Assembly: GCA_965263295.1 (NCBI GenBank)
Contig: OZ253665.1
Span: 1,440,001-1,504,000, forward strand
Origin: Spirochaetia bacterium
Lineage (GTDB): Bacteria; Spirochaetota; Spirochaetia; SP-2023
Direction: 5' to 3'
DNA: 64,000 nucleotides
Position numbers and translations under genes: made by a program. Below the pieces are notes generated by a model that did not search any database, had not been told where the DNA came from, and was given only the letters and a program-made list of their open reading frames with translations. Below, in pieces: positions 10,826-20,130 of this stretch (the stretch's first letter is position 1; every line of letters starts with the position of its first letter).

Positions 10826-12034
10826 ATGAAACGCCCCGGTGACCTCATGCGCAAGCGCCGAGAAGAACTCGGCCTTAGTCTGCAAGAGCTGGAAAGCAGC
10901 TCCAATATCCCACGCCGCAATCTCGAAGCCCTAGAAGGAGACCAGTACGACTACTTCGCCGCAGAATCCTACTACTATGGCTTTCTGCGCAACTATGCCG
11001 AGAGCCTGAAACTTGATCCGCAAATTCTAATCAATGCTTACCAAAACGTCAAAATTATTGAAAGTCCATTGCCACTGGAGCAACTGACCGGCAATCAACG
11101 AGGCTCACGGCTATCGCCCTTGTTATTATGTTTGTTTTTACTTGTCTTGCTCGCAGCCGCAGGCACTAGCTATTATTTCTGGCGCCACAATTCCAAGTCG
11201 GAGACCAAAGGCAACACAACAGGGACTCAAGCTGCGACCAAACTGCAGACAGAGGGTCAGGTGCCCCAGCAGGTAACACAAAGCAGCGGCAAAATAGTAC
11301 TGATCAATCGTTATCCTTGGATGCAGGATTTGCAAAATGGCTTAATACTGCGCTTAGTGTTGATTCCTGGAGACGATGAATCCTTACAACCTGAGTTGCT
11401 TGTTCAACAGGACGGGCAAGATTTTCAGCTGAAGAGCCTCAACCTGGATCAGGATTACGAATTGACCTTGGCCAGCGGTAAGACAAACAGCTTGCCCCTG
11501 CGTTCAGACAGCGTTACGGCCAAAGATGGAACTTTTATACCTTCCGGTTCTTTCCGCTTGGATTTTACCCGGCAGGACGGGGAGCCTCCTGCCGTATTGA
11601 TCAATTTAAACTCAAATAACAATAGAGAGCAGGACAAGGCTCCAAGTCAATCGGATGGCAGCTTTGGTCAAAAACAAATCAAGGCCAAGTTCCAAGCCTT
11701 TGCAGAGCGTCATCAGTCATCCGTATCCCATGCCATATTGCAAGCCGTGCAGCCGACCCTGTTACAGTTACAACTAAGCTTCCAGCGAGACAGCTATATT
11801 CGATATCAATGGTCTGGGGAAGATGCTCAAGAATTCCCGGTATTGAAGAACAAGGTGCTATTGCTACATGGGGAAGCCCCACTAACTTTATGGCTCAGCA
11901 ATGTCAGTGGCACCAAAATTAAAATCAACGGTCAGGATCTTAAGCCTAAAGCTTTTCAAGATGTGTTTATCGGGCGGCTAGAATGGCAGCGCGAAGCCAG
12001 CCTAGCCAGGCTCTACCTAACTCCCGGACCCTAG
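10826..12034 (+). CDS. rodZ: RodZ-like HTH membrane protein
   Basis: N-terminal HTH (GDLMRKRREELGLSLQELESSSNI...YGFLRNYAESLKL), one TM helix and a DUF4115-like C-terminus. Start set at ATG 10826 after GGAG. Confidence 0.8.
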   Translation: MKRPGDLMRKRREELGLSLQELESSSNIPRRNLEALEGDQYDYFAAESYYYGFLRNYAESLKLDPQILINAYQNVKIIESPLPLEQLTGNQRGSRLSPLLLCLFLLVLLAAAGTSYYFWRHNSKSETKGNTTGTQAATKLQTEGQVPQQVTQSSGKIVLINRYPWMQDLQNGLILRLVLIPGDDESLQPELLVQQDGQDFQLKSLNLDQDYELTLASGKTNSLPLRSDSVTAKDGTFIPSGSFRLDFTRQDGEPPAVLINLNSNNNREQDKAPSQSDGSFGQKQIKAKFQAFAERHQSSVSHAILQAVQPTLLQLQLSFQRDSYIRYQWSGEDAQEFPVLKNKVLLLHGEAPLTLWLSNVSGTKIKINGQDLKPKAFQDVFIGRLEWQREASLARLYLTPGP

Positions 12035-12510
12035 ATTTGTCCGCTCTTATAGTGTCCTCGTCTCGCCCTTGATGCTATCACTTCCCATTGCCCAATTGGC
12101 ATAATTGGCATAATTAAATGCTGCTCGCTCAATTACGGCCCATCGACAACTTGATAACTGAGATAGTTTTATGCATGACAGCACTACAGCGGGCCTCAGC
12201 GTGTTTTTCAACCTGGCAGCATTCGTTACCAGACTGGCCAAGGCGGGATTTGGCCCCTTCGGCCTTGTCACCCCGACGTTGATTATTCCACTCATTGAAC
12301 CGCGTCTGGGCTGTCAATTTTGCGACTGTGTCATTTATAATTGGAGATTTTGGCGTCATATTTATACTACCTGCGAAAAGTTTGCCTGCCGGTATGATTG
12401 CACCTGCTCTGGAGAAAATGAAGGAAAGTCAATAAATTGGAAACAATTCGAAAAATATCGTAACGTGAATGATTTCAAATTATTAAGAAATTTTCAACAG
12501 GAAAATAAAA

Positions 12511-13053
12511 ATGGATGAAAGGAAAGAATTACAAATTAAATCTATGGAATTTTGTCAGGGCAATATTTCAAGAATGGCAAACAATTCTTCAGTATTGAAA
12601 GCGTGGTTTCTGGTTGCCTTTACCGCCCTTTTTACTTTTTTTGCAAAATCAGTTTCTAGTGAAACTTCTTATAATGTCACACTCGCTGATCTGATTTGGA
12701 TTTTGCCGATGCTGGTTTTTCCGTTACTTGATGCTTTTTACCTAAAACAAGAAAGAATGTTCATTGATGTGTACAATGATTTTGAGAAATCAATAAATGG
12801 AACAGACGACCCAAGACAACCCTTTGACTTAAAACCTTCAAAGCGACAAAGAGAGAAATACAATCTCTTAAATGTCGTATTTTCAATGAGTATTGGTTGG
12901 TTTTACTTCCCACTTTTAATTGCATTTCAAGCACTTATAATATTTCATTCTCAGCTCAAGTGCTGGTACTTTTGGATCTTATTTTTCCCTTTCATTGTGG
13001 TAGTTATGACGTGCATATTCAAAAAGAAAACAGACTATCAAAGAGTAAACTAA
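12511..13053 (+). CDS. Small multi-pass membrane protein, uncharacterised family (QxxIxRMxxNSxxxKxW ... LDAxYLxQER)
   Basis: Intact, AT-rich 180-aa ORF with about 4 hydrophobic helices and a recognisable conserved motif. Confidence 0.75.
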   Translation: MDERKELQIKSMEFCQGNISRMANNSSVLKAWFLVAFTALFTFFAKSVSSETSYNVTLADLIWILPMLVFPLLDAFYLKQERMFIDVYNDFEKSINGTDDPRQPFDLKPSKRQREKYNLLNVVFSMSIGWFYFPLLIAFQALIIFHSQLKCWYFWILFFPFIVVVMTCIFKKKTDYQRVN

Positions 13054-13184
13054 GGGATTTAGACTCATATTGTGACGTTTTGAGAACTTGATGTAATGTT
13101 CAAAGCATTCATAAAATTTGCTTAAATTTAGGAGTAAATATGACAAGACAAATTTTTTACAGCTTTCATTGTTTCCCTGCATAC

Positions 13185-13396
13185 ATTTCGTGCCTTTCGT
13201 GGTTCCCTTCCATAGTCCCTGGCCCAGTAACCACGAAAAACACAAAAAAAATACGAAACAACACGAAAAATTCTAAAACACCGCGCCTGCTTCCTGGACG
13301 CCCTTCTCAGCTCCCGTTCTCCATCCGTCCCCTTTTTTCCTGCCTCCCTGCCACCTGCAGCTCCCCAGCCTAAATTTCGTGTCCTTTCGTGGTTCC
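13185..13396. repeat. Intergenic TTTCGTG..TTTCGTGGTT direct/inverted repeat element
   Basis: ATTTCGTGCCTTTCGTGGTTCC (13185-13206) and ATTTCGTGTCCTTTCGTGGTTCC (13374-13396), with an inverted copy AACCACGAAA at 13229-13238. Confidence 0.7.
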
Positions 13397-13458
13397 ACCG
13401 CAAAGATGTATTGCTATACGATATTGATACGGCTAAGATAGGGGTATATGGAGTATAC

Positions 13459-14203
13459 ATGGATACCTTGGATGAAGTGAGGGAAATCCTCAAAAAGATT
13501 TGGCATTTCGCAGGCTAAAACTGATGAACAGCTGGCCAAGCTCCAAAGATCGCAGGCTAGAACCGATGAACAGCTTGCACGAACCGACCAGCAGCTTGCA
13601 CAGAACAGTAAAGACATTGCCAATTTACTTAGGTCGCAGGAAAAGACCGATGCGCAGCTGCTTGAATTGCACAGGTCTCAGGCTAAAACCGATGCACAGC
13701 TAGTTAAAACCGATGCACAGCTAGTTAAAACCGATGCACAGCTAGCGAAAACCGATGCGCGGCTGAACACAGTGGCCCAGCTATTAGGCAATATTGGCAT
13801 CAGTAACGGTGATTTTGCCGAAGAACTGTTTTTCAACAGTCTCTACGCAAACCCGTTTCTCGGTGGACTGCGCTATGACAGTGTGAAGCGCAATGTGTCC
13901 AACCGCCGTAGGCATCGAGATGAAGGCGAATACGACATCGTGATGTACAATGGCGATACGGTGGCGCTTATTGAGGTCAAGTACAAGGCGCACAGCAATG
14001 ACATTGCTAAGCTGCTCAAAAACGAGCCACAGAACTTTCGTAAGACTTTCACCGAATACAAAGACTACAAATTTTATCTGGGGCTAGCGTCCACGGTGAC
14101 TTACGATAATTTGATTACAGAGGCACGGGAAGCGGGCATTTTTCTCTTGACCCAGAGAGGCCAGCACATTGAAGTTGTGAATGAGGAAGTGCACAGCTTC
14201 TGA
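13459..14203 (+). pseudogene. DUF3782-like coiled-coil + PD-(D/E)XK nuclease-like protein, +1 frameshift near 13492-13501
   Basis: ATG 13459 (GGAG RBS) reads MDTLDEVREILK, then the protein continues in the next frame (GISQAKTDEQLAKLQ...) into the 13667-14203 ORF, which has AEELF...EYDIV...IEVK motifs. Confidence 0.75.
13682..13765 (+). repeat. 21-bp tandem repeat x4 encoding heptad (A/V)KTDA(Q/R)L
   Basis: Units GCTAAAACCGATGCACAGCTA, GTTAAAACCGATGCACAGCTA (x2) and GCGAAAACCGATGCGCGGCTG. Confidence 0.95.
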
Positions 14204-14223
14204 GCCGATATAATGAAAATATT

Positions 14224-15252
14224 TTAAACTTGATCGTGCGTCACCAGTTGCAAGGCTACCTGCCTTGGATGGGCCTGGTTCTCCTGACTGCGGCTGCTGG
14301 GCTGTTCGCGCAGGACTCTGTACTGATTGTAGACACGATAGCGCAGTACAATTGGGGTGCCTGACGATGGCGGGTTGGCGGGCCACCAGAGTTTGCCGCC
14401 GCGCAGCAGGACAGGGAGGGTGTCGTGGCCTTCCAGGTACTCAATTCCCGCCGCCCAGCGTGTGGGCAGCTCAAGGGTGTCACCGCCGACAATGAATTTG
14501 TGTTCCTCAATGTGGGTGGCGGCAAGCAGGATTACAATATCCCCCTGAGCAATCGGCAGCCAGTCGGGAAAACTCATTCCCGCTTCTCCTTCCTGATCTA
14601 GAACCCAGGGCATATGTTTATGCAGGTTCTGAGAAAGGATGGACAGTTTTACCGGAGGATAATAGTCAAAGTTCAGAAAGTAGGTGTGGCCCGGCAATAC
14701 ACCGATGGCGTGGAGCAGGTTCGCGCCAATGCCCTGGGTTGTTATGGCTGTGCCCTGGCTGTCCGTCAGATTGATATTACGGAAACCACCCAATACCGCT
14801 GAATGGCTCTTGAGGTCGTCTGGCAGTTTCAGTTTGTCGGCCTCAAGGGCGGTAATGGATATGGCATATGAGTGCTGTAGTTTGGTACGCGCCTGGACTA
14901 TCAGGCTGCGTTCGCGGCTGGATAGACTGACGATGGAATCGCAGTGAGCGCTGATCTGTCCCCGCTGCACGGCATACAGAGGCTGTTCGCTCCGATAGAT
15001 GCCGGGAGCCAGCTGGCGCAAGGTTACTGGCTGCCAGGACGAATATTTTGCCCAGTCATGTTCGCGTCCGTCCTGCCGCATCCCTCTGATAGATTGCCCC
15101 AGCGTGTCATGGGCCGCCGCCGCAAGAACAGGCATGGAGCGCAACCATAGGCAATCCTGCCCCATGCGTTGTAAAAAGGCATTGAAGTCGCTGGCATACA
15201 GCGGTTTATTCGCGACTACATTATTGCCGATGTCAAAAATCTGTTGGGCCAT
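14224..15252 (-). CDS. Hypothetical protein, possibly phage virion neck/head-closure-like
   Basis: Intact 342-aa ORF with an AAAGGA RBS. Its termini (DFNAFLQRMGQDCLWLRSMP; YRVLREQPSSRSQENQAHPRQVALQ) are weakly reminiscent of large-myophage neck proteins. Confidence 0.6.
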   Translation of the reverse strand: MAQQIFDIGNNVVANKPLYASDFNAFLQRMGQDCLWLRSMPVLAAAAHDTLGQSIRGMRQDGREHDWAKYSSWQPVTLRQLAPGIYRSEQPLYAVQRGQISAHCDSIVSLSSRERSLIVQARTKLQHSYAISITALEADKLKLPDDLKSHSAVLGGFRNINLTDSQGTAITTQGIGANLLHAIGVLPGHTYFLNFDYYPPVKLSILSQNLHKHMPWVLDQEGEAGMSFPDWLPIAQGDIVILLAATHIEEHKFIVGGDTLELPTRWAAGIEYLEGHDTLPVLLRGGKLWWPANPPSSGTPIVLRYRVYNQYRVLREQPSSRSQENQAHPRQVALQLVTHDQV

Positions 15253-15667
15253 GTTTACGATCCTTTTGCTTGACAGACTGATTTGGCAGTGATACCGTTA
15301 AAGTGAAAAACTGTGAAGAAGAGGGGGCCTGCTATAGGCAGGCGGCCAAAGCGTTTGCTGATGACACCCTTGTGCACTGCGGTTTTTCTAAGGAGGTTGT
15401 GTATAGCGGGATCCGTCATTGGTATTTTTCCGATCACGTCCTAGTGCGCTGCAGCCTCTTTTTACCAATTGTTGTAGAGCCATAGATCAGGGCCATCTTG
15501 GTAGATAATGATGGCAAAGCTGACTATTAGCCTTCCTTGATAAGTAAGGTTTCTGGATGTATCATTCAATTAGAGACTGGGGAAAGGAGAATCCATCAGT
15601 ATTTTTGTGCTGTTAGTAGCCTCTGTAGCTCCAGTCTTGTTTTGTATTACCAGGTGGCTGCGGTCTT

Positions 15668-16087
15668 TCAGACGCCGGCCTCTTCGTCAATCAGATAGTA
15701 AGCAACAGGCTCGCCATTCGTGGGGTCAAGGGTATAGCAGTTGTGCGAATCCATTTGCAGATTGTTGTAGTGTGAATAAACCAGGGCAATGGCGATATTG
15801 TCTGGGGTGTTGCCGGTCTCCGTGCGCGCGGCAATCACCTGATCTTCTGCCCTGATATGTTTCCACCAGCCCTTAACTTCATATTCCAGTAGGGCGGCCT
15901 TCAGATTCCACCAGTAGACTCCGTAGAGCAGGTATTGCACGGGGTCTCGGTTCAGGGTGCCGCCGATTAGCCCGGCGGCCTTGGCTGCCCATTCCGTGCT
16001 GAGGGCCTTTGCCCCATCATGATACCTGGCCAGGTAGGTCTTTTTGATTTGCCGCCATTCTTCCTTGCTAAATTGCGTTTTATCCAT
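15668..16087 (-). CDS. Phage P1 Ulx/OlxA-like protein
   Basis: 139 aa with a GAGG RBS. The motif L.RDP..Y..YG.YW..LK..LLE ... IA.AL.YS matches my recollection of P1 Ulx (LLKNPRLYRSYGPYWPEIKKLLLE...LIAATLYS). Confidence 0.6.
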   Translation of the reverse strand: MDKTQFSKEEWRQIKKTYLARYHDGAKALSTEWAAKAAGLIGGTLNRDPVQYLLYGVYWWNLKAALLEYEVKGWWKHIRAEDQVIAARTETGNTPDNIAIALVYSHYNNLQMDSHNCYTLDPTNGEPVAYYLIDEEAGV

Positions 16088-16746
16088 AGCCTTGTTTCCT
16101 CTTGCCGCAGGGACTTCTCTAATTCCTGAGTCTCGCCATTCCGCATTTCATCGTGTACCGCTGGGCCGCTGTAGCCATACATATCCTGCACGAAATCGAC
16201 ATTATAGTCACTGCCGCCTCGAATGACCGTCCGGACCTCTTTATTTCGTTCCGCACGCCTGGCTCTGTCAGGGACGTTGGGAGGGCTTTAATGGCAGCGG
16301 AGGCTTCCCGCCGATGGATTTTAGGGTTTCGCTTGACAAGTCGGGGTTGTGCGAATAGTCTTTGTGTTGAGGCTGGCGAATATAGGGGAACGGAGTTTTT
16401 CTTGAAATACTCCTAGATACCTGGTGGCCGGCCTCTTTCTTTATGGGTTTCAGCGTCTTAATGCAGGTCTTGGTGCCTTTGTCAGCGGGTTGTCAGGCGG
16501 TGTTTTATTTGATGTTTCCTGTGATCATTGGCACATCCCCTCTTCCTTCTGGATTATTCTAGGCCTGCAAAGTCTGATTATGACTGTGATCTGCCTTTTA
16601 ACCATCCCTCGCAAGAATCGCTCTGGCCGATAGCTGGTCAGGTTTGCTTTGGACCAGCGCATGCTGCGGAGCTTGTGGTCAATAGACCAGTCGCTAGACT
16701 ACACGCGCAAACGCGATCATAATATAAAATACAGATAACTGGAACC

Positions 16747-17424
16747 GTGATTATGAACGACAACACAAGTTGGCTGACCGCCATCCTGGCCGCGGACCGC
16801 GACTTCCTGATTGGCTTTAATACCGAAGAAAAACGCCCCGAATCTGCCCAGACTTCCTTTCGCATGCCCTGGCCCCACGGCAGCATGCAGGACGACATGG
16901 CCTTTTTTCGCAACACCACAGCCCGCAGCCCGGTAGTCATGGGCCGCAAAACTTTGGAGAGCATTGGGCGCCTGTTGCCGGGCCGCCTGAACTTGGTCTT
17001 TAGCCGCCACGACTCATTGCAACTGGGGGCACAAAAAATACCAACCTTGAACCAGATCAGCCCGGCCCAGCTACAGGCGAGCCCAGGCGCGACGCGGGCC
17101 GGCCTGCTGCAAAGTTGGGAACAACTGGAACAACTACGCCCCACCCTCGCAGGCTTCACCCGTCCTACTTTTCTGATTGGAGGTTCCAACCTCCTGGCCC
17201 AGGCCGGCAAACGCGGCGGCATCAGAAACTTCTACTTGACTTGCATTGATGCCCGACTCAGTGGCAGCGCTCAATTTGCCGAAAGCCCCGTCTACTTGCC
17301 GCAAGCACTTTGCCAGCAGTTGCGCAGCGCCCTGGCGGCAAGTGAGCCCATTCAAAAACTGCAGGTCGGAGCGCGCAACCGCTACGCCGCCAGCATATAC
17401 CACCTAGACCTGCGCTCAAATTGA
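16747..17424 (+). CDS. folA: Dihydrofolate reductase
   Basis: MPW...DMAFFRNTT, VVMGRKTLESIGRLLPGRLNLVFSR and LIGG motifs. Confidence 0.9.
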   Translation: MIMNDNTSWLTAILAADRDFLIGFNTEEKRPESAQTSFRMPWPHGSMQDDMAFFRNTTARSPVVMGRKTLESIGRLLPGRLNLVFSRHDSLQLGAQKIPTLNQISPAQLQASPGATRAGLLQSWEQLEQLRPTLAGFTRPTFLIGGSNLLAQAGKRGGIRNFYLTCIDARLSGSAQFAESPVYLPQALCQQLRSALAASEPIQKLQVGARNRYAASIYHLDLRSN

Positions 17425-17550
17425 TTCAGACCCAAAGCTTTCAAGGCCACAAAGGCCAACTGTTCGTGCTTGACCTCAAGCAGGCCGCGGCCGAAAGAGT
17501 ATCCTGAGAAGCTATCGACAAAATTTGCACAACAAACAGTGAGAACGAGG

Positions 17551-18702
17551 ATGAAGACCCGCCCCTACATTGGTATATCCATGCGGCTGAGCCGCCACCG
17601 CACTTTTAAAAACACTTTTATTCATGGGATTCCCCAGGATTACGTCAACGCGGTCGCGGCGGCGGGCGCCATCCCGGTACTCCTACCCGTACTAGAACGA
17701 GGCCCCCTACTTCAAGAAATGTTGGCAATGGTCGACGGCATTATTATTAGCGGTAGCGACTGCTATATTAGCCCCAGTCTCTGGGGAGAAGAACCCGACC
17801 CCAGAGCCCTGCAACTCTGTCCCCAGAGCCGTATTGAAACAGATTTTGACCTGTCCTTGCTGCGCCACAGCTGGAGCAAGGGCCTGCCGCTACTAGGCAT
17901 TTGCCAAGGACATGAACTGATTAATATCGCCCTGGGGGGGAGCCTGAAGGGCAGTGTCATGGCCGGAGAATGGCTGCAGCGAGCCTCCGCCGCAAAACCA
18001 AAGCCTAGCTCTACTCTAGAACCTGGCTCAAGTTCAGCTCGCCGCAGCTTTATACTTCACGATTTACGCTCGCCACGGCAAAAACAAGGCAAAGAGCGGC
18101 AAGCCCCACAGCAAGAAATGCATGCCAAGTCACTCAAGGGGCAACGCCTGGCCCACTGGATTTCCGTACAAAGCCATAGCCTGCTCGCTGAAATATTACT
18201 GCAGGGCTGTCCATTGACAAACACAACACGGACAAGCACAACACGAACAAGCACAACACGCCAAATCTCAAGCCGCCCGTGTGGTAAGACCGCGACGCCA
18301 GCTCCACAGTCTTCAGCTCTTAGCGACATGGCAAACGGCTGCGACTTACGGCTACAGGTCAACTCGTTCCACGGCCTGGCTATTGATCGTCTCGGTGACG
18401 GTCTGAGCGTCAGTGCCCTAGCGGATGACGGCACGATTGAAGCCATAGAGTGGCGTGCCGACCTGTGCCAGCGCTACCCATTTTTAATGGGAGTACAGTG
18501 GCACCCGGAGATGTTGGTCTGTGGCCGCGAACAAGCTCCCAGCCTGGAAAGCCGGGATATTCCCATGCGGAGTATTTTCACCCGCTTAGTCCAGGAAGCC
18601 GAAATTTTCCGTTGCAGCAGCGAAAGCCAACGCCGAAAAATATGCTTTCACGCCGCAGAGTCGGAAATCCATTTCTTGCCTCACTGGCGTCGCCCAGTCT
18701 GA
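17551..18702 (+). CDS. Gamma-glutamyl-gamma-aminobutyrate hydrolase family (peptidase C26, class I glutamine amidotransferase)
   Basis: YVNAVAAAGAIPVLLP, LLGICQG (catalytic Cys), VNSFH, DGTIEAIE and GVQWHPE. Contains low-complexity insertions. Confidence 0.9.
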   Translation: MKTRPYIGISMRLSRHRTFKNTFIHGIPQDYVNAVAAAGAIPVLLPVLERGPLLQEMLAMVDGIIISGSDCYISPSLWGEEPDPRALQLCPQSRIETDFDLSLLRHSWSKGLPLLGICQGHELINIALGGSLKGSVMAGEWLQRASAAKPKPSSTLEPGSSSARRSFILHDLRSPRQKQGKERQAPQQEMHAKSLKGQRLAHWISVQSHSLLAEILLQGCPLTNTTRTSTTRTSTTRQISSRPCGKTATPAPQSSALSDMANGCDLRLQVNSFHGLAIDRLGDGLSVSALADDGTIEAIEWRADLCQRYPFLMGVQWHPEMLVCGREQAPSLESRDIPMRSIFTRLVQEAEIFRCSSESQRRKICFHAAESEIHFLPHWRRPV

Positions 18703-18820
18703 CGGCCAAGCTGGCCTGTTTTAGGGGGAAACAGCAGCTTTGCCATTGCCTTAAGCCAAGTTAATTGTTAATTTATTCGGCAGCTTAACGAATACTTTGG
18801 CGACAGCTCAAATAATTTTA

Positions 18821-18840
18821 GTGAGTTGTACTCAACTCAC
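18821..18840. promoter_or_regulatory. Inverted repeat with perfect 8-bp arms, candidate operator
   Basis: GTGAGTTG-TACT-CAACTCAC, 30 bp upstream of the K+ channel gene. Confidence 0.4.
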
Positions 18841-18869
18841 AATAAGTTCACATCCGGGCGGGGTCAATC

Positions 18870-20063
18870 TTGAAACCAAAGATGCAGCGGCAAAATATTA
18901 AAGTTTACAAGCTGATGCGCAGCTTTCAGCGCTCCCATTTTTTTCTGCCATTGCTTATTTTCATTCCCAGTTATTGCATATTTGCCATTGCCATATACTT
19001 TTTGGAACGTCCGAATAACAACTTCCTGACTCTAATGGACAGCTTCTGGTGGGCCATTGTCACGGCTTCGACCCTGGGCTACGGAGACATCGTACCCTAT
19101 ACTACAGGAGGCCGTATCATTGGCGTCACGATGACGCTAGTGGGTCTGGCCGCCACCTCGTTATTTTCAGCGGCGCTGGCATCCTTGTTCGTACAACGCA
19201 ACTCTCGCCGGAGGAGAGGCCTAATGGATTTCCCCAAGTTAAAAGACCACCTGGTAATTTGCGGTTGGAAACCACAAATTGCCTCTTTGCTTAAAGGTAT
19301 TCTGGAAAACAACGTCGACCTGGTCGACGAAGACATTGTTCTAATTTCCAATATTGAAGGACAAACGTTTGAAGGTCTCATCGAAGATGAAAAACTTAAA
19401 GGTTTGAAGTTCATTCGCGGCGATTATTTCTCTGAAATATATCTGGAACGCGCCAAAGTCAAGCGAGCCCGCAAAGTTATCGTCCTGGCCGATGCCTACG
19501 ACAGCAAGACACCCGCTGAGGCCGATGCCAAAACCGTCCTCACTGTTCTAAAGATCAAAGGTATTGCTCGCAATATCTATACTTGTGCCGAATTGCTTGA
19601 TCCTAAATACGAAGATTATCTACACCGCTCCTTCTGTGACGAAATCATTTTGGTTCGCGATGCCAGCCGTCAACTGCTGGTAGCCTCTACCAAGATGGCT
19701 GGCATGTCCCACGTCATTCAAGAACTCCTGTTCTTACACGAGAACGGCGACAGAAATAGCAAGGTACACATCAACGCCGCCCCGGTTCCCCGGCAGCTCG
19801 AAGGTAAGGAGTACCGCGAGTTAAAAGATTTATACAAAAGTGATAAATCCATTCTCCTGGGCTTGATTGAAAACAGTGGCACGGCCCAAGATATTCAGAG
19901 AGCACTGATCCGCAAGGCCGAGAAAGAACATAATGTACACAATATAATGGAATATATACAGGAGGCGAAAAGTATTGAACTCAACAGACCTCTTTTTATG
20001 CCAGAGGAACATTACATTATCAAGCCTTTCAGCAAGCTAATTGTTCTGGAACACTACAGATAA
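18870..20063 (+). CDS. Potassium channel with TrkA-N/RCK domain (MthK-like)
   Basis: 2TM pore module with selectivity filter WWAIVTASTLGYGD, followed by an RCK domain starting HLVICGW. Confidence 0.9.
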   Translation: MKPKMQRQNIKVYKLMRSFQRSHFFLPLLIFIPSYCIFAIAIYFLERPNNNFLTLMDSFWWAIVTASTLGYGDIVPYTTGGRIIGVTMTLVGLAATSLFSAALASLFVQRNSRRRRGLMDFPKLKDHLVICGWKPQIASLLKGILENNVDLVDEDIVLISNIEGQTFEGLIEDEKLKGLKFIRGDYFSEIYLERAKVKRARKVIVLADAYDSKTPAEADAKTVLTVLKIKGIARNIYTCAELLDPKYEDYLHRSFCDEIILVRDASRQLLVASTKMAGMSHVIQELLFLHENGDRNSKVHINAAPVPRQLEGKEYRELKDLYKSDKSILLGLIENSGTAQDIQRALIRKAEKEHNVHNIMEYIQEAKSIELNRPLFMPEEHYIIKPFSKLIVLEHYR

Positions 20064-20130
20064 AATAATTCTGACGGATTCGTGCAATATACATGTGAAA
20101 ACGGTACCGCAAAACAGGGGAAATCTAGGT

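Larger units (their letters stand above)
12047..16630. mobile_element. Small accessory insert / decayed prophage-like region between rodZ and folA
   Basis: Contains an AT-rich orphan gene, a repeat element, a frameshifted nuclease-like gene, phage-like ORFs and degenerate fragments. No integrase or att site was seen. Boundaries are approximate. Confidence 0.5.

Noticed and set aside
12047..12518. Short overlapping ORFs upstream of the membrane protein (possible TIR or transporter remnant)
   Set aside because: No convincing motif in any frame. Hydrophobic patches suggest a decayed gene, but it cannot be assigned without BLASTX.
13682..13765. Tandem repeats considered as a CRISPR array
   Set aside because: No spacers, the unit is an in-frame coding heptad, and no cas genes are present.
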